Below are positions 50,313-60,597 of a DNA stretch of 64,000 bases, in pieces. The position numbers and the translations under genes are program-made. The notes below the pieces were generated by a model. The model saw only the letters and a list, made by a program, of their open reading frames with translations. It had not been told where the DNA came from and ran no database searches. The stretch is from Cyanobacteriota bacterium (GTDB taxonomy: Bacteria > Cyanobacteriota > Cyanobacteriia > Cyanobacteriales > Nostocaceae): NCBI GenBank assembly GCA_046045965.1, contig JBJOKS010000020.1:50076-114075 (forward strand), written 5' to 3'. Numbering within the stretch: the stretch's first letter is position 1; each line of letters opens with the position of its first letter.

Positions 50313-50575
50313 AATTCTGTCGGCTATGCCTAAAAGTTATAACTGCCATCATTATAAAGCATTAGACTTTATTTATAATTTCTATTAATGTAAATTTGTA
50401 TAATTTGTTATTTTCTGCAATTAATTTTTTTAACCAATAAATTAAGAGCATGGTTGTTTTATTAAGGTGACATTGAGAAAATTCAAGTTTTAGAAACTGC
50501 CCTTTTCAATGCAATTGCTTTTTCCAAATTACAGAAATTTTCATGTTACACCGTACAAAGTATTAGGAAAAAAAT

Positions 50576-50650
50576 ATGTCTTTAAATGTTGAACTTCTAG
50601 AGCAAAGTTTTGGAAAAATTAAACCCCGCGCTAATGAATCGAAAGGGTAA
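50576..50650 (+). pseudogene. 5' remnant of a globin-family gene
   Basis: MSLNVELLEQSFGKIKPRANE then stop, preceded by an AGGA RBS; resembles the A-helix start of cyanobacterial single-domain globins. Confidence 0.55.
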
Positions 50651-50908
50651 TACATGAATTACCCTACCCCTACTCAGCTAGTCTCTGTAGCAAATACCGA
50701 ATCCACCTAATGTAGATGCTTGTTTAGATGTGACTACGGAAAGGTTTATGCAGCTATTTGATCAACTTATTTGACAAGCTAGATCAAGCGAGACAGGGTA
50801 AATAAAGAGCAATTAAAACTCTCAAAACAAGTGTAATTATCACAGGATAATCAGATTATCCCCATGATGCGGAATGCCATAAGTCGCTAAAAATAAATAT
50901 TTTCAATT

Positions 50909-51112
50909 ATGAACAGCAAGAAACAAAATTGGTTGAAACTTGTTTTCCGTTTAAAAGGTTCAGTCATCTTAGCCATGGAAATAGAAAATCCCTTTGGTTA
51001 CGATACTAATGATTTACCCCTTGATGCTATTTGCGAAACTATCAAATACGACATTGAAGAGTTCATCAAGAATAGTGTTGATTGTGAATCTAATTCAGAT
51101 CAGATGTATTAA
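50909..51112 (+). pseudogene. Internally deleted bestrophin-family gene
   Basis: N-terminal W...F..KGSVI joined directly to the C-terminal EIENPFGYDTNDLPLD motif. Confidence 0.75.
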
Positions 51113-51196
51113 GAATATATATAGGACTAGCACTTTCAAGAGAGTAATACCAAGAAAATACCTGTTCTAATATTTATAAATTAGGAAAACATCCAA

Positions 51197-51464
51197 ATGA
51201 AATTAGATAAGTTTACTCTCGCACAAAATATTGAGTAGTGCTAACTTGAGTCATGCTAATTTAATTTGTGCAGATTTAAGCAATGCAAACCTGAGTGGTG
51301 CAGATTTGAGAGATGCTAGTTTGAGTGGTGCAAACCTAGCGGGAGCTTATCTAACTGGTGCTAATCTCAAAAATTCTAAAGTCAGCGATTATGAACTGAG
51401 TAGTGCTTTCCTGGAAGGTGCGATTATGCCTGATGGATCAAAATATAAATCTTCAGTTAGTTAG
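51197..51464 (+). pseudogene. Pentapeptide-repeat protein, 5' disrupted
   Basis: A(N/D)LS repeats ending MPDGS; the RBS-preceded ATG at 51197 is out of frame with the repeat ORF 51231..51464. Confidence 0.6.
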
Positions 51465-51514
51465 CGATCGCTCTTAATCTGCTTATTAAAGCGAGTATAG
51501 TTCATCGATTAACC

Positions 51515-52291
51515 TTATCTCACCAACTGCATAGCATCATTAAAAAACTGCCGACATAAACCTTTAGTTACAAAAATTGTCGTCAACAAATTAACTACAG
51601 CTACCATAAAAATAATTAAAATTTCATAAGAAACCGCTTCCAATGCAGAGACACCCGCTAATAATTGGCCACTGGTAAAACTGGGTATTGTCACCATCCC
51701 AATTAACATCATTTGATTTAAAGTAGGAACAAATGCAGCTTTAATTGCATCTTTGCGATACATACTAACTGCTTGTTGGGGAGTTGCGCCTAAACTGAGG
51801 TGTGTTTCTATTTCCGTGGGAAATTGATTAATACTGTTAACTAGCCTTTCTCCGGCTACTGCTGCTGCGTTCATAGCATTACCGATGAGTATACCACCTA
51901 AAGGAATTAAATAACGTGGTTCATACCATCTGTCTGGTTGGATAATCAAAAAGTTGGTATACAGCAACGTTAAGGACGTACTTACAAAAATTGCTACCCA
52001 GACCAAAGGCAATACCAGAGGAATTTTTTGGCTGATGCGATTTCGTGCGACAATCGCCGTAATTGTGAGAATGATTGTTAGAATTCCCACAACAGCCCAA
52101 ACATTATCAACAGCAAAAATGAAGTCTAAAACGTATCCTAATACTATAAGTTGGAGGATGGTTCTACCGGTGGCTAATGCTAGGTTTAATTCTAGTCCTA
52201 ATTTTTCCCAGACAGATAAACCAATAGCGATCGCCATTAAACCCACAGCTAACACTAAATCTACAATATCCAGTTTAATCAAATCCGGCAT
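51515..52291 (-). CDS. fetB: UPF0014/FetB-family ABC permease
   Basis: RTILQL, PRYLIPLGG..IGNAMN, LSLGATP motifs. Confidence 0.85.
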   Translation of the reverse strand: MPDLIKLDIVDLVLAVGLMAIAIGLSVWEKLGLELNLALATGRTILQLIVLGYVLDFIFAVDNVWAVVGILTIILTITAIVARNRISQKIPLVLPLVWVAIFVSTSLTLLYTNFLIIQPDRWYEPRYLIPLGGILIGNAMNAAAVAGERLVNSINQFPTEIETHLSLGATPQQAVSMYRKDAIKAAFVPTLNQMMLIGMVTIPSFTSGQLLAGVSALEAVSYEILIIFMVAVVNLLTTIFVTKGLCRQFFNDAMQLVR

Positions 52292-52497
52292 GGTTTCTTT
52301 ATTTCCTGGGATAGTTTACAGGCAGGAGGCAGAAGGCAGGAGGCAGGAGGCAGGAGGCAGAAGTATAACCATATTTTATTCCTAGTTTTATGATCAATTA
52401 ATGTCTAATGTCGTAACTTTAATGTCATAACTACCTTGTATACTGCTATATCACCTTTAAAAGTGTATCTTTTGAATCTCACCATAAAATAACAACT

Positions 52498-53646
52498 ATG
52501 ATCCAAAGTGTAAATTCCGTTCCCGCATTTGATATCAAACAGCAATATGCCACCATTGAAGCTGAAGTCAGTCATGCTGTTTTAGAAGTTCTCAGTTCTG
52601 GCCGTTATATTGGTGGTCCTGCGGTAGAAGGTTTTGAACAACAGTTTGCAGCTTATCACGGTGTGACAGAATGTGTAGCCTGTAATTCCGGGACTGATGC
52701 CCTTTATTTAGCCTTACGTGCTTTAGAAATTGGTGCAGGTGATGAAGTTATTACCACACCGTTTAGCTTTTTTGCTACCACGGAAGTCATAACTGCTGTG
52801 GGTGCAACACCTGTATTTGTTGATATTGATGCCACTACCTTTAATTTAGATGTCACCCAAATAGCAGCAGCAATTACACCGAAGACTAAAGCTATTATCC
52901 CTGTTCACCTGTTTGGTTTACCTGTGGATATGACAGCATTAATGGCGATCGCACAATCTCATAATTTAGCAGTAATTGAAGATTGCGCTCAAGCCACCGG
53001 TGCAAGTTGGGAAAATCAAAAAGTCGGTAGTATTGGACATATTGGTTGTTTTAGTTTTTACCCAACTAAAAATCTAGGAGGTTGTGGTGATGGTGGTGCA
53101 ATCACAACTAATGATAGTGCGATCGCTGCTAAACTGCGAATATTACGAGAACACGGCAGCAAAGTTAGATACATTCATGAAGAAATCGGAGTCAACAGTC
53201 GGTTAGATGCCATTCAAGCAGTCATTCTGCAAATTAAACTCCGTTATTTAGACACCTGGAATAAACAAAGGCAACAAATAGCAACTTATTATTATCAATA
53301 CCTCAGTCAAATTCCTGGTATAATTCCACCCCAAGAATTATTAGGAGGAGTAGCCGTTTGGAATCAATATACCATCCGCGTTTCTAGCGAAGACAGAAAT
53401 GGTGCAAGTTCCAAATATCGCGACTGGGTACGAACTCAACTGCAAGAAAAGGAAGTAAGCACCATGCTTTACTATCCCCGTCCTTTACACTTACAGCCAG
53501 TTTATGAAAGTTTGAACTATCAACCTGGACAATTACCAGTATCAGAACAAGCTTGTCATCAAGTTATAGCTTTACCCATGTTCCCAGAACTCACACAGGA
53601 ACAGCAAGATAAAGTAATTTATGCCTTAAAAGACTGTTTAAGCTAG
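52498..53646 (+). CDS. DegT/DnrJ/EryC1/StrS aminotransferase
   Basis: NSGTDAL, IEDCAQA, SFYPTKNLG, NSRLD. Confidence 0.95.
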   Translation: MIQSVNSVPAFDIKQQYATIEAEVSHAVLEVLSSGRYIGGPAVEGFEQQFAAYHGVTECVACNSGTDALYLALRALEIGAGDEVITTPFSFFATTEVITAVGATPVFVDIDATTFNLDVTQIAAAITPKTKAIIPVHLFGLPVDMTALMAIAQSHNLAVIEDCAQATGASWENQKVGSIGHIGCFSFYPTKNLGGCGDGGAITTNDSAIAAKLRILREHGSKVRYIHEEIGVNSRLDAIQAVILQIKLRYLDTWNKQRQQIATYYYQYLSQIPGIIPPQELLGGVAVWNQYTIRVSSEDRNGASSKYRDWVRTQLQEKEVSTMLYYPRPLHLQPVYESLNYQPGQLPVSEQACHQVIALPMFPELTQEQQDKVIYALKDCLS

Positions 53647-53697
53647 GGACTAGGGACTAGGGACTGGGGACTGGGGACTGGGGACTGGGGACTGGGA
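53645..53697. repeat. STRR array (GGGACT(A/G))n
   Basis: Direct reading. Confidence 0.9.
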
Positions 53698-54323
53698 AAA
53701 ATTTTCACCCTATACCCCACACCCTATTGCTATGCAAATGTGCGAATATTTGCAGCACGATGATCAAGGGTTCTGATTATAATAATTTTCACTTATGTTA
53801 ATTCGATTTAAATTTACAAATTTAAAACTTACCGCCATTTTTCCTTTACTTTTCTTAATAATTAATTGAGAATTATTTTTATTTACTAACGGTATTGCAA
53901 TAGTTTCCGGCATTTGCTATTATTTTTTATAAATTCATGATCAGGGTAAGTATGTCAAATTTGCAAAACATCAAAAATTGGTACTTTTTAACCCTTGATA
54001 TACAAATATTTGCAAAATCTATACTTAAATCATCTTCAAAAAACACTGAGAAAAAATAGATGTTACTTGCACGAATTTTAGGGGTAAATTTATCTGAAAA
54101 ATTGGATAGTATAAAAAAACTCTTGACAAAAAAATGTTTATAACCATCTGCGTCTATCTGCGTTTTTTGTATCCAGAGTTTGCTAAAAAGTTTTTTTCGT
54201 GGAGTAGGGAATAGTTGGGAGGTGGGGAGGTGGGGAGATAAATCAAGTCAAAAGTCAAAAGTCAAAATTAATAACTTCTGCCTCCTGCCTCCTGCCTCCT
54301 GCCTCCTGCCTCCTGCCTTCTAT

Positions 54324-55070
54324 TTATGCAAAAGTGCGATCGCTCACAGTTGCCAAAGCTTCTACTAAACCACGCACAGCAGCGATCATGGCAATTTCGC
54401 TATTGAGTTGGTTAATAGCAGAACCCACACCCACACCAGCAGCACCAGCAGCAACAGCCAAAGGTGCAGTCACATTAGAAATACCAGAAGCACACAAAAC
54501 AGGCACAGAAACCGCACGGGAAATTTCATAAGCTGCGGCTAAAGTAGGAGCAGCTTTTTCAATCAAACCCAAAGTACCACCGTGAGCAGGTTGGCTGCTA
54601 GTACCGCCTTCAGTTTGGATAATATCAGCACCAGCTTTGACCAAATCTTCAGCTAATTGAACTTGTTTATCCAAAGTCAGGATGTGGGGAACAGTCACAG
54701 ATAAGGTAATTTCGGGTAACAAGGCGCGGGTTTGCTGAGTTAATGCCAAAACTTCATCCGCTTCAAATTTGCGACCTTGAGCGTAAAAAGAATCAAAATT
54801 ACCAATTTCAATTAAATCAGCACCAGCAGCAACAGCTTGAACAAATTTTTCTGGTTCAACTGCGGAAACACAAACAGGTAAACTTATCAAACTTTTAGCT
54901 AAATGAACCAAAGCCGCATCAGCAGCAATATCAACAAAAGTCGCACCACCCAGATCAGCCGCTTTTACAGTAGCAGCAACGCTTTCGGGGTTGAAGTTAT
55001 TTAAACCGCTAATTACTTTTAAAACACTGCGGTTAGTAAATGCACGTTGCAAATTAGGAAGCATAGTCAT
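54324..55070 (-). CDS. ycf23: DUF561/Ycf23 TIM-barrel protein
   Basis: KVISGLNNF, EIGNFD, IQTEGG, GVGVGSA. Confidence 0.88.
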   Translation of the reverse strand: MTMLPNLQRAFTNRSVLKVISGLNNFNPESVAATVKAADLGGATFVDIAADAALVHLAKSLISLPVCVSAVEPEKFVQAVAAGADLIEIGNFDSFYAQGRKFEADEVLALTQQTRALLPEITLSVTVPHILTLDKQVQLAEDLVKAGADIIQTEGGTSSQPAHGGTLGLIEKAAPTLAAAYEISRAVSVPVLCASGISNVTAPLAVAAGAAGVGVGSAINQLNSEIAMIAAVRGLVEALATVSDRTFA

Positions 55071-55200
55071 AATATCTGATTTTTAAGCTATTGAGGTCAG
55101 AATTATACACTATTTCAGGGAATTGGTAATGGGTAATTGGTAATAGGTCATAGGTCATAGGTAATATATTATTCCCAGTCCCCAATCACCAATCACCAGC

Positions 55201-57033
55201 TTAACGTCCTGCTAATAAAGCCTTAGTTGCCGACTCACCCAATACCCGCACTTGTTTGTTGAATTGGAAATTTAACAAAGCAACAAGAGTTAAATCAGCT
55301 AACAGCGCCATGAAAATTGTCGTCATGCTAGATTGTTCAATAGCTCCCCAAGGAAAGGTAGAAAACAACCATACAGTAGGATTTTTGTATGGTTCAAGAC
55401 CCAAGACAGAAAGAATAATTGGAGGTAAAGAAATTGCCGCACCAATAGTCACAACTGCCCATACATAACGCTTGGGATTTTTCATCAACAACATTAACTG
55501 AGCAATACTGGCATAAATCAGCATTAAACTCATAGACAAAGCGATCGCTAACAGAACTTTACCTTTGTCAGAATCATTAATATTCCAATCTTTCGAGAAA
55601 ATAGCAATCCAGATAATTAAAGGTGTGGCAGCAATTACTAAATTGATTGCTATTGCTAATATAGCCGGACTTTTTTCACCCCAAACTAAATCTTCCCACA
55701 GAGATTGGTTTCTATTGTTTTGGTGACGATATCTTGCCCAATCTTGGATATTTTGACGCACAGGGGAGAGAACCAGAATTAAACTGAAGATGAAAGCAGT
55801 ATTTATCACTGCTAACATAGATATAATTTCCTCTATTCTCGCCTCTACTGTTTGCAGTATCAATCCTAAAAACATTACCTGAACAAAAGCTAGAGATAAA
55901 TAACTTTGTCCTTTGCTCAATATGGTAGTTTGAGGATTACGGAAACTTCGTTGTATTGCTTGCCATAAACCGTAAGTGCAAATTCCGTAATTAAGTAAAT
56001 AGAAGCCGACTAAGCTGGCTAAATTTTTGCCAATTGGTAAATAGAAAAATTGAAAATTATCTAGTGGTGAACCTTGATGTATACGGAATAAATTTGGAAA
56101 TAGGTAAGCGGTAATATCCCAGGGACTAAAAAATCTAAACCAAGCACCTGGGTTATTGAAGTCATTGTTATAAGCACTAGATGACATCATCATTGTGATA
56201 AACAAGAACAACAAAATTCCACCACTACCAAGCCAAGGTTGAAAGCTACTAAACCAGCGACTGACTAAACCAAATAGCAGTGCTGCACTATAAAAGAAAC
56301 CGCAGCATCCAGCTAGAATAGCGTAATAACTGAGAATGTGACTAGAGGCAATATTCGCAGAATGTCCAGCCCAGAAATGTAGAGGAATTGCAGTAAGTAC
56401 AAACAGATAAATTAAACTTGGTACTCCTAACATTTTTCCAGTTAAAATACTGGTTTCGCTTTGGGGACTGAGGCGAATAAAATTGAGTGTACCTCTTTGT
56501 TCTTCTTTTGCTAAATCGCTGATTAGTAAATAAGTTCCAGCTACTAATAGTGTAAAAACGAAAATTACACTAAATGCTAAAAAAATGTATTCCCAATGAT
56601 CTCGCCACCACATTTGCCAATTAATTTCGCTGGAAGGACAAAAAGCCTTAGATAAATGGGTTTGCAAGTTTCTGATTTCTAAATCAACTTTCTGAATATC
56701 TGCCTCTAAATTGGGAATGATGCTGGCATCTGAAAGTTGAATCTGACGATAATTAGATAATTTTTGATTGAGTAGAGATTGCTGCTGCCACAGGTATTGT
56801 TCTTTTTGTTGTAATGCTGGCCAAAAACTACAGTAAGAACCTCTTAAAGAATATTTTTCTCCTGGATATTCTCGTAGTTGAAACAGAAAAACTACCAGTT
56901 GCAATAATAGGGAGGAGACAACAGCAAATAAAACATTAAAAGGTTTAAGCCGTCCTTTCAGTTCTCGGAAAAGTTGCGGGTTCCATTCACCTACTCTGTC
57001 GATAAAATTGACTAACATAGAAAAAATCTCCAA
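55201..57033 (-). CDS. ABC-2-type transporter permease
   Basis: WNPQLFRELKGRL, KEEQRGTLNFIRLSPQ...GKMLG; many TM helices; downstream of the ATPase. Confidence 0.8.
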   Translation of the reverse strand: MEIFSMLVNFIDRVGEWNPQLFRELKGRLKPFNVLFAVVSSLLLQLVVFLFQLREYPGEKYSLRGSYCSFWPALQQKEQYLWQQQSLLNQKLSNYRQIQLSDASIIPNLEADIQKVDLEIRNLQTHLSKAFCPSSEINWQMWWRDHWEYIFLAFSVIFVFTLLVAGTYLLISDLAKEEQRGTLNFIRLSPQSETSILTGKMLGVPSLIYLFVLTAIPLHFWAGHSANIASSHILSYYAILAGCCGFFYSAALLFGLVSRWFSSFQPWLGSGGILLFLFITMMMSSSAYNNDFNNPGAWFRFFSPWDITAYLFPNLFRIHQGSPLDNFQFFYLPIGKNLASLVGFYLLNYGICTYGLWQAIQRSFRNPQTTILSKGQSYLSLAFVQVMFLGLILQTVEARIEEIISMLAVINTAFIFSLILVLSPVRQNIQDWARYRHQNNRNQSLWEDLVWGEKSPAILAIAINLVIAATPLIIWIAIFSKDWNINDSDKGKVLLAIALSMSLMLIYASIAQLMLLMKNPKRYVWAVVTIGAAISLPPIILSVLGLEPYKNPTVWLFSTFPWGAIEQSSMTTIFMALLADLTLVALLNFQFNKQVRVLGESATKALLAGR

Positions 57034-57039
57034 AATTGA

Positions 57040-57164
57040 CTAGGGACTGGGGACTGGGGACTGGGGACTGGGGACTGGGGACTGGGGACTGCTGACTGGT
57101 ATAAATCTTTTTCCCCCTGCCCCCTGCTCCCTGCTCCCCTGCCTCTTTGCTGACTCCTGACTCC
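57040..57164. repeat. STRR arrays (GGGGACT)n and (CTGCTCC/CTCCTGA)n
   Basis: Direct reading. Confidence 0.88.
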
Positions 57165-57169
57165 TTTCA

Positions 57170-58144
57170 TTAAGATGCTTGTTTGTGACCTAATTTGAGG
57201 AAAATAGTTTCTAGGTCTTCTTGGGTGCAGTGAAAATCGGTTAAAGGAATACCTGTACTGATGAGCGATCGCAATAGTTCAGCAGTTTCTTCCTGTGTTC
57301 CTGAAAAGTTCACCCGCACACTATTTTTGCTATGTATTACCTCCCATTCTTCTACCAAAGGATAATTTTTTAGTTCTCTCACCAATACATCTATGTTGCC
57401 CAAAGTTGAGATAAAAATTTGCTGTCGGGCTAAACGTTTGTACAATGTTTGCAGTGAGGCACTTTCTACAAGAAAACCTAGTTCCATAATGCCCACGGAA
57501 GTACATAATTCCGCCAAGTCGCTGAGAACGTGGGAAGAAATTAATATTGTCATCCCCGCTTCTCGCAAAGCTTTGATAATTTCCCGAAACTGCATCCTCG
57601 CAATAGGATCAAGTCCAGAAACCGGCTCATCTAAAAGTAGTAAAATCGGTTCATGGATGATAGTGCGGGCTAAACTCAAACGCTGTTTCATCCCTCGTGA
57701 TAGGGTAGAAATCAAACTATTGCGTTTATTACCGAGTTGGATCAGTTCTAAAACTTCATGTAAGCGTTGGGTGCGATGTGGTTGCCGTAAGCGGTATAAA
57801 CGGGCAAAATAATCTAAGTAGTCCCAAACGGTTAGATCTTCATACAGTGGGTAGTCATCGGGTAAGTAACCAAGACGACGTTTGAGGGTGGGGTTGCTGT
57901 GATCTCTTAGTAAGCGATGGTCCGAAGGACCCGCTACGCGAACGCCATTAATATAAATCTCACCCGTAGTAGGTTCTTCTGCTGCGGCTAACATCCGTAT
58001 TAAGGTTGTTTTACCAGCACCATTAGGACCTATTAAACCGTAAACTTCGCCCATCTGAATTTCTAAGTCCACATCATTGACAGCAACGTGGCGTTCAAAT
58101 TGTTTAGTTAGTCCAGTGGTGCGAATTGCTATTTCTTTTACCAT
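57170..58144 (-). CDS. ABC transporter ATP-binding protein (carries an in-frame 8-aa insertion)
   Basis: GPNGAGKT, LSRGM, LLLDEP, SSH. Confidence 0.95.
   Translation of the reverse strand: MVKEIAIRTTGLTKQFERHVAVNDVDLEIQMGEVYGLIGPNGAGKTTLIRMLAAAEEPTTGEIYINGVRVAGPSDHRLLRDHSNPTLKRRLGYLPDDYPLYEDLTVWDYLDYFARLYRLRQPHRTQRLHEVLELIQLGNKRNSLISTLSRGMKQRLSLARTIIHEPILLLLDEPVSGLDPIARMQFREIIKALREAGMTILISSHVLSDLAELCTSVGIMELGFLVESASLQTLYKRLARQQIFISTLGNIDVLVRELKNYPLVEEWEVIHSKNSVRVNFSGTQEETAELLRSLISTGIPLTDFHCTQEDLETIFLKLGHKQAS
57919..57942. mobile_element. 24-nt small dispersed repeat (SDR-like) inserted within a HIP1 site
   Basis: GCGAT[GGTCCGAAGGACCCGCTACGCGAA]CGC; removing it restores GCGATCGC and the peptide NGDRLL. 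Confidence 0.8.
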
Positions 58145-58274
58145 AGCTGCTGGGGTGCGGCTTGTGTTTAACAGTTAAGCTAACTTGTTTCTACAGCAGT
58201 TATAGCTCTTGTTTCGGAAATTGAAACTGGGATGAGGATTTTTTGATATTCAGGTATAAATTTTGTCTTTTATC

Positions 58275-58799
58275 TTACCGCTGCTTTCGTTTTCCTTTAG
58301 GTTGATACTTCGCACCTCTTAGAAAAGCACCTAAATCTGAATTTTTGCTAATGTCATAGTTACCTTCACCAAATTTAGCCTTTAATTCTTTTTTATATTC
58401 TTCTATTTCTTGTGGTGCAGCAACGTTCGATCTAATATAAGTTTTTGGAGTAAACTTTAATGATAAATCAGTTTTTTTTAAGAATTTATCAAAGTAAGTA
58501 TATGTATTTATAACTTGTTCCTTTGCTGTATTTATATCCTTACCCTTCAATTCTACAAAGCAAATTATCCTTTCATTCTCTTTTGCATAAAATACGATGA
58601 GATCACAGATTTTCATTCCTTCTTGATCTAATCCTAATAATTTACGAAACTTACAATTAGGGTTTGATTTCTCGTCTATATGAAAAAATAAAACTGTTTC
58701 ACCACTCGCTGGTTGTAAAGTTACCTCTACTCCATCTTCTTTATGACTTGTCTTTCCTGGTAGTAAACAACCTGATAACAACAAATGATTGAAAAGCAT
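58275..58799 (-). CDS. Putative PD-(D/E)xK nuclease-fold protein
   Basis: ICDLIVF...FVELKG...A.EQ motif. Confidence 0.65.
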   Translation of the reverse strand: MLFNHLLLSGCLLPGKTSHKEDGVEVTLQPASGETVLFFHIDEKSNPNCKFRKLLGLDQEGMKICDLIVFYAKENERIICFVELKGKDINTAKEQVINTYTYFDKFLKKTDLSLKFTPKTYIRSNVAAPQEIEEYKKELKAKFGEGNYDISKNSDLGAFLRGAKYQPKGKRKQR

Positions 58800-58835
58800 T
58801 TTTAAATCACTCCTGAATTGAAAATTTAAGAGTGA

Positions 58836-60230
58836 TTATGGAAAAATATGGGAAATGTCATCTGATACATCACCAAATGTTCCCCAATCTATCCTACCGT
58901 CTTCATGTAATATATTTTTAGCTGTACCATCTTCAAACAAATATACAGAAACTTTATCTTGAGGAATAAAAGCTTCTGTTCTTTCTAAATAAAATCGTTC
59001 TTTGATACTTTCTTTGTCTTCATATTTAGCAGCTTTCATCAAATTAGAAAGATGATCAACAATATAAGGGCTATGGGTTGTAATCAAAACCTTTAAACCT
59101 GCCTGAACTAACATTGCTAAAAATTCCGTAATTTCTACTTGCGCTGCTGGATGTAAATTCATTTCTGGCTCATCAATTATTAGCAATTCATTTGGTTCAG
59201 CAAGATAACGCAAACATAAAACTAAAGGTGCTAATTCTTTCACCATTGAAGAGGAAACAGTCATTTCTAATTTGACATTTGCTGAAGGTTCAAAAAGAAC
59301 TTCTTGACCAAATATAGATTCATTAATATTTACCTTACCTTGTAAAATATCATTCTCTAATAAATCAGCTAATTCATAATATTTGAAAATTATTGGTTGT
59401 CGTTGAATTTCCTCTTCTCTATCCGTAGCTGTTTTGTTATATGAAGTTACTAATATGTTAAGCAAACTTTTGATTGTTTCACTTAGCTGTACACTTTTTT
59501 CTTCAGAAAAAATCTTATCTTCTTTTTCATCTAAAATTTCTATATTGACTTTTTCTTCCTTGGCAGGAAATGAAATAAAAGTAGTTCTTTCTGTAGGAAA
59601 GATATAAACATATGGGTAAAAAGCTCTATGAATTATTTCAATTACTTCTTGAAATATTATTCTTTCAAACACTCTTTTTGGTAATTTATTTAAAATATTA
59701 TCTTCGGAAATTATATAAAAATAAATATTATGATTATCTGCTTCTTTGAGCAAATGTAATACATTTTTTTTATTTGGTGTGCCAAAAGAAATTTCTTGCT
59801 CTAAATTATAGGATCTTACATTCTTTACAACTGCTGCTTTTATGTCTTCTAACTCAAACTCTATTTGCAATTTTTCAAAATTAACTCGTTCTGTATTTAG
59901 AAAATCTCTCATCCATTCATGAGCTAAACCAGCAACATCATTAATATACATATCAGCATATTCTTCTAAAAAATCAATCAAATTAATACTGATATTACCT
60001 TCTTGAACAAATTGATTAATAGCATTATCTATAATTGGATATCTCTTTTTCGTTCTTCCATCTAAATAGTTTTTTAAATACTGGTTAAATCCGTATTGAG
60101 TAAATATAGATGCTAAAGTATAAGCTGTCCAAGTTTTACCAGTGCCATTTCTACCAATAAACACAGTTAAAGGCTTTAAATCTATTTCCGCTTTTTCAAC
60201 AACACCTAAGTTAGCAATTTTTACTTTCAT
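58836..60230 (-). CDS. ABC-type (AAA_15/AAA_21-like) ATPase
   Basis: GRNGTGKT, PTER, SSSMVKE, IIDEPEMNLHP, TTHS. Confidence 0.88.
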   Translation of the reverse strand: MKVKIANLGVVEKAEIDLKPLTVFIGRNGTGKTWTAYTLASIFTQYGFNQYLKNYLDGRTKKRYPIIDNAINQFVQEGNISINLIDFLEEYADMYINDVAGLAHEWMRDFLNTERVNFEKLQIEFELEDIKAAVVKNVRSYNLEQEISFGTPNKKNVLHLLKEADNHNIYFYIISEDNILNKLPKRVFERIIFQEVIEIIHRAFYPYVYIFPTERTTFISFPAKEEKVNIEILDEKEDKIFSEEKSVQLSETIKSLLNILVTSYNKTATDREEEIQRQPIIFKYYELADLLENDILQGKVNINESIFGQEVLFEPSANVKLEMTVSSSMVKELAPLVLCLRYLAEPNELLIIDEPEMNLHPAAQVEITEFLAMLVQAGLKVLITTHSPYIVDHLSNLMKAAKYEDKESIKERFYLERTEAFIPQDKVSVYLFEDGTAKNILHEDGRIDWGTFGDVSDDISHIFP

Positions 60231-60454
60231 GAGTAATTTTTTAATTATGACTAAATATTTGCATTCTTCTACACCCTATCATTAATTGCAATTTCAGCAA
60301 ATCATACTCACTACTGAATTACATATCAGAAAGGTGATATTTGGAATAATAGCAAGCCTAGCTTTTAACTTACAGCAGATTTCATATTTTTAAACCAAAC
60401 TTTTGCGCTCTTCTCTGCGACTCTGCGACTCTGCGTGAAACAAAAATCATTAAA

Positions 60455-60539
60455 CGGAGAGGGGGAGATTCGAACTCCCGGAAGCTTTCACTTCACCTGA
60501 TTTCAAGTCAGGCGCATTCGACCACTCTGCCACCTCTCC
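60455..60539 (-). tRNA. trnS: tRNA-Ser(UGA)
   Basis: Reverse complement GGAGAGGTGGCAGAGTGG...CCTGA-CTTGAAA-TCAGG, long variable arm, GTTCGAATC; no encoded CCA. Confidence 0.96.
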
Positions 60540-60597
60540 AGATTACTTGCCAGAATTGTGTTGAACAAAAACTGACAAATAACATCATAACATATAA

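Noticed and set aside
58144..60455. Integrative element or prophage at tRNA-Ser
   Set aside because: No integrase, and I found no duplicate of the tRNA 3' end.
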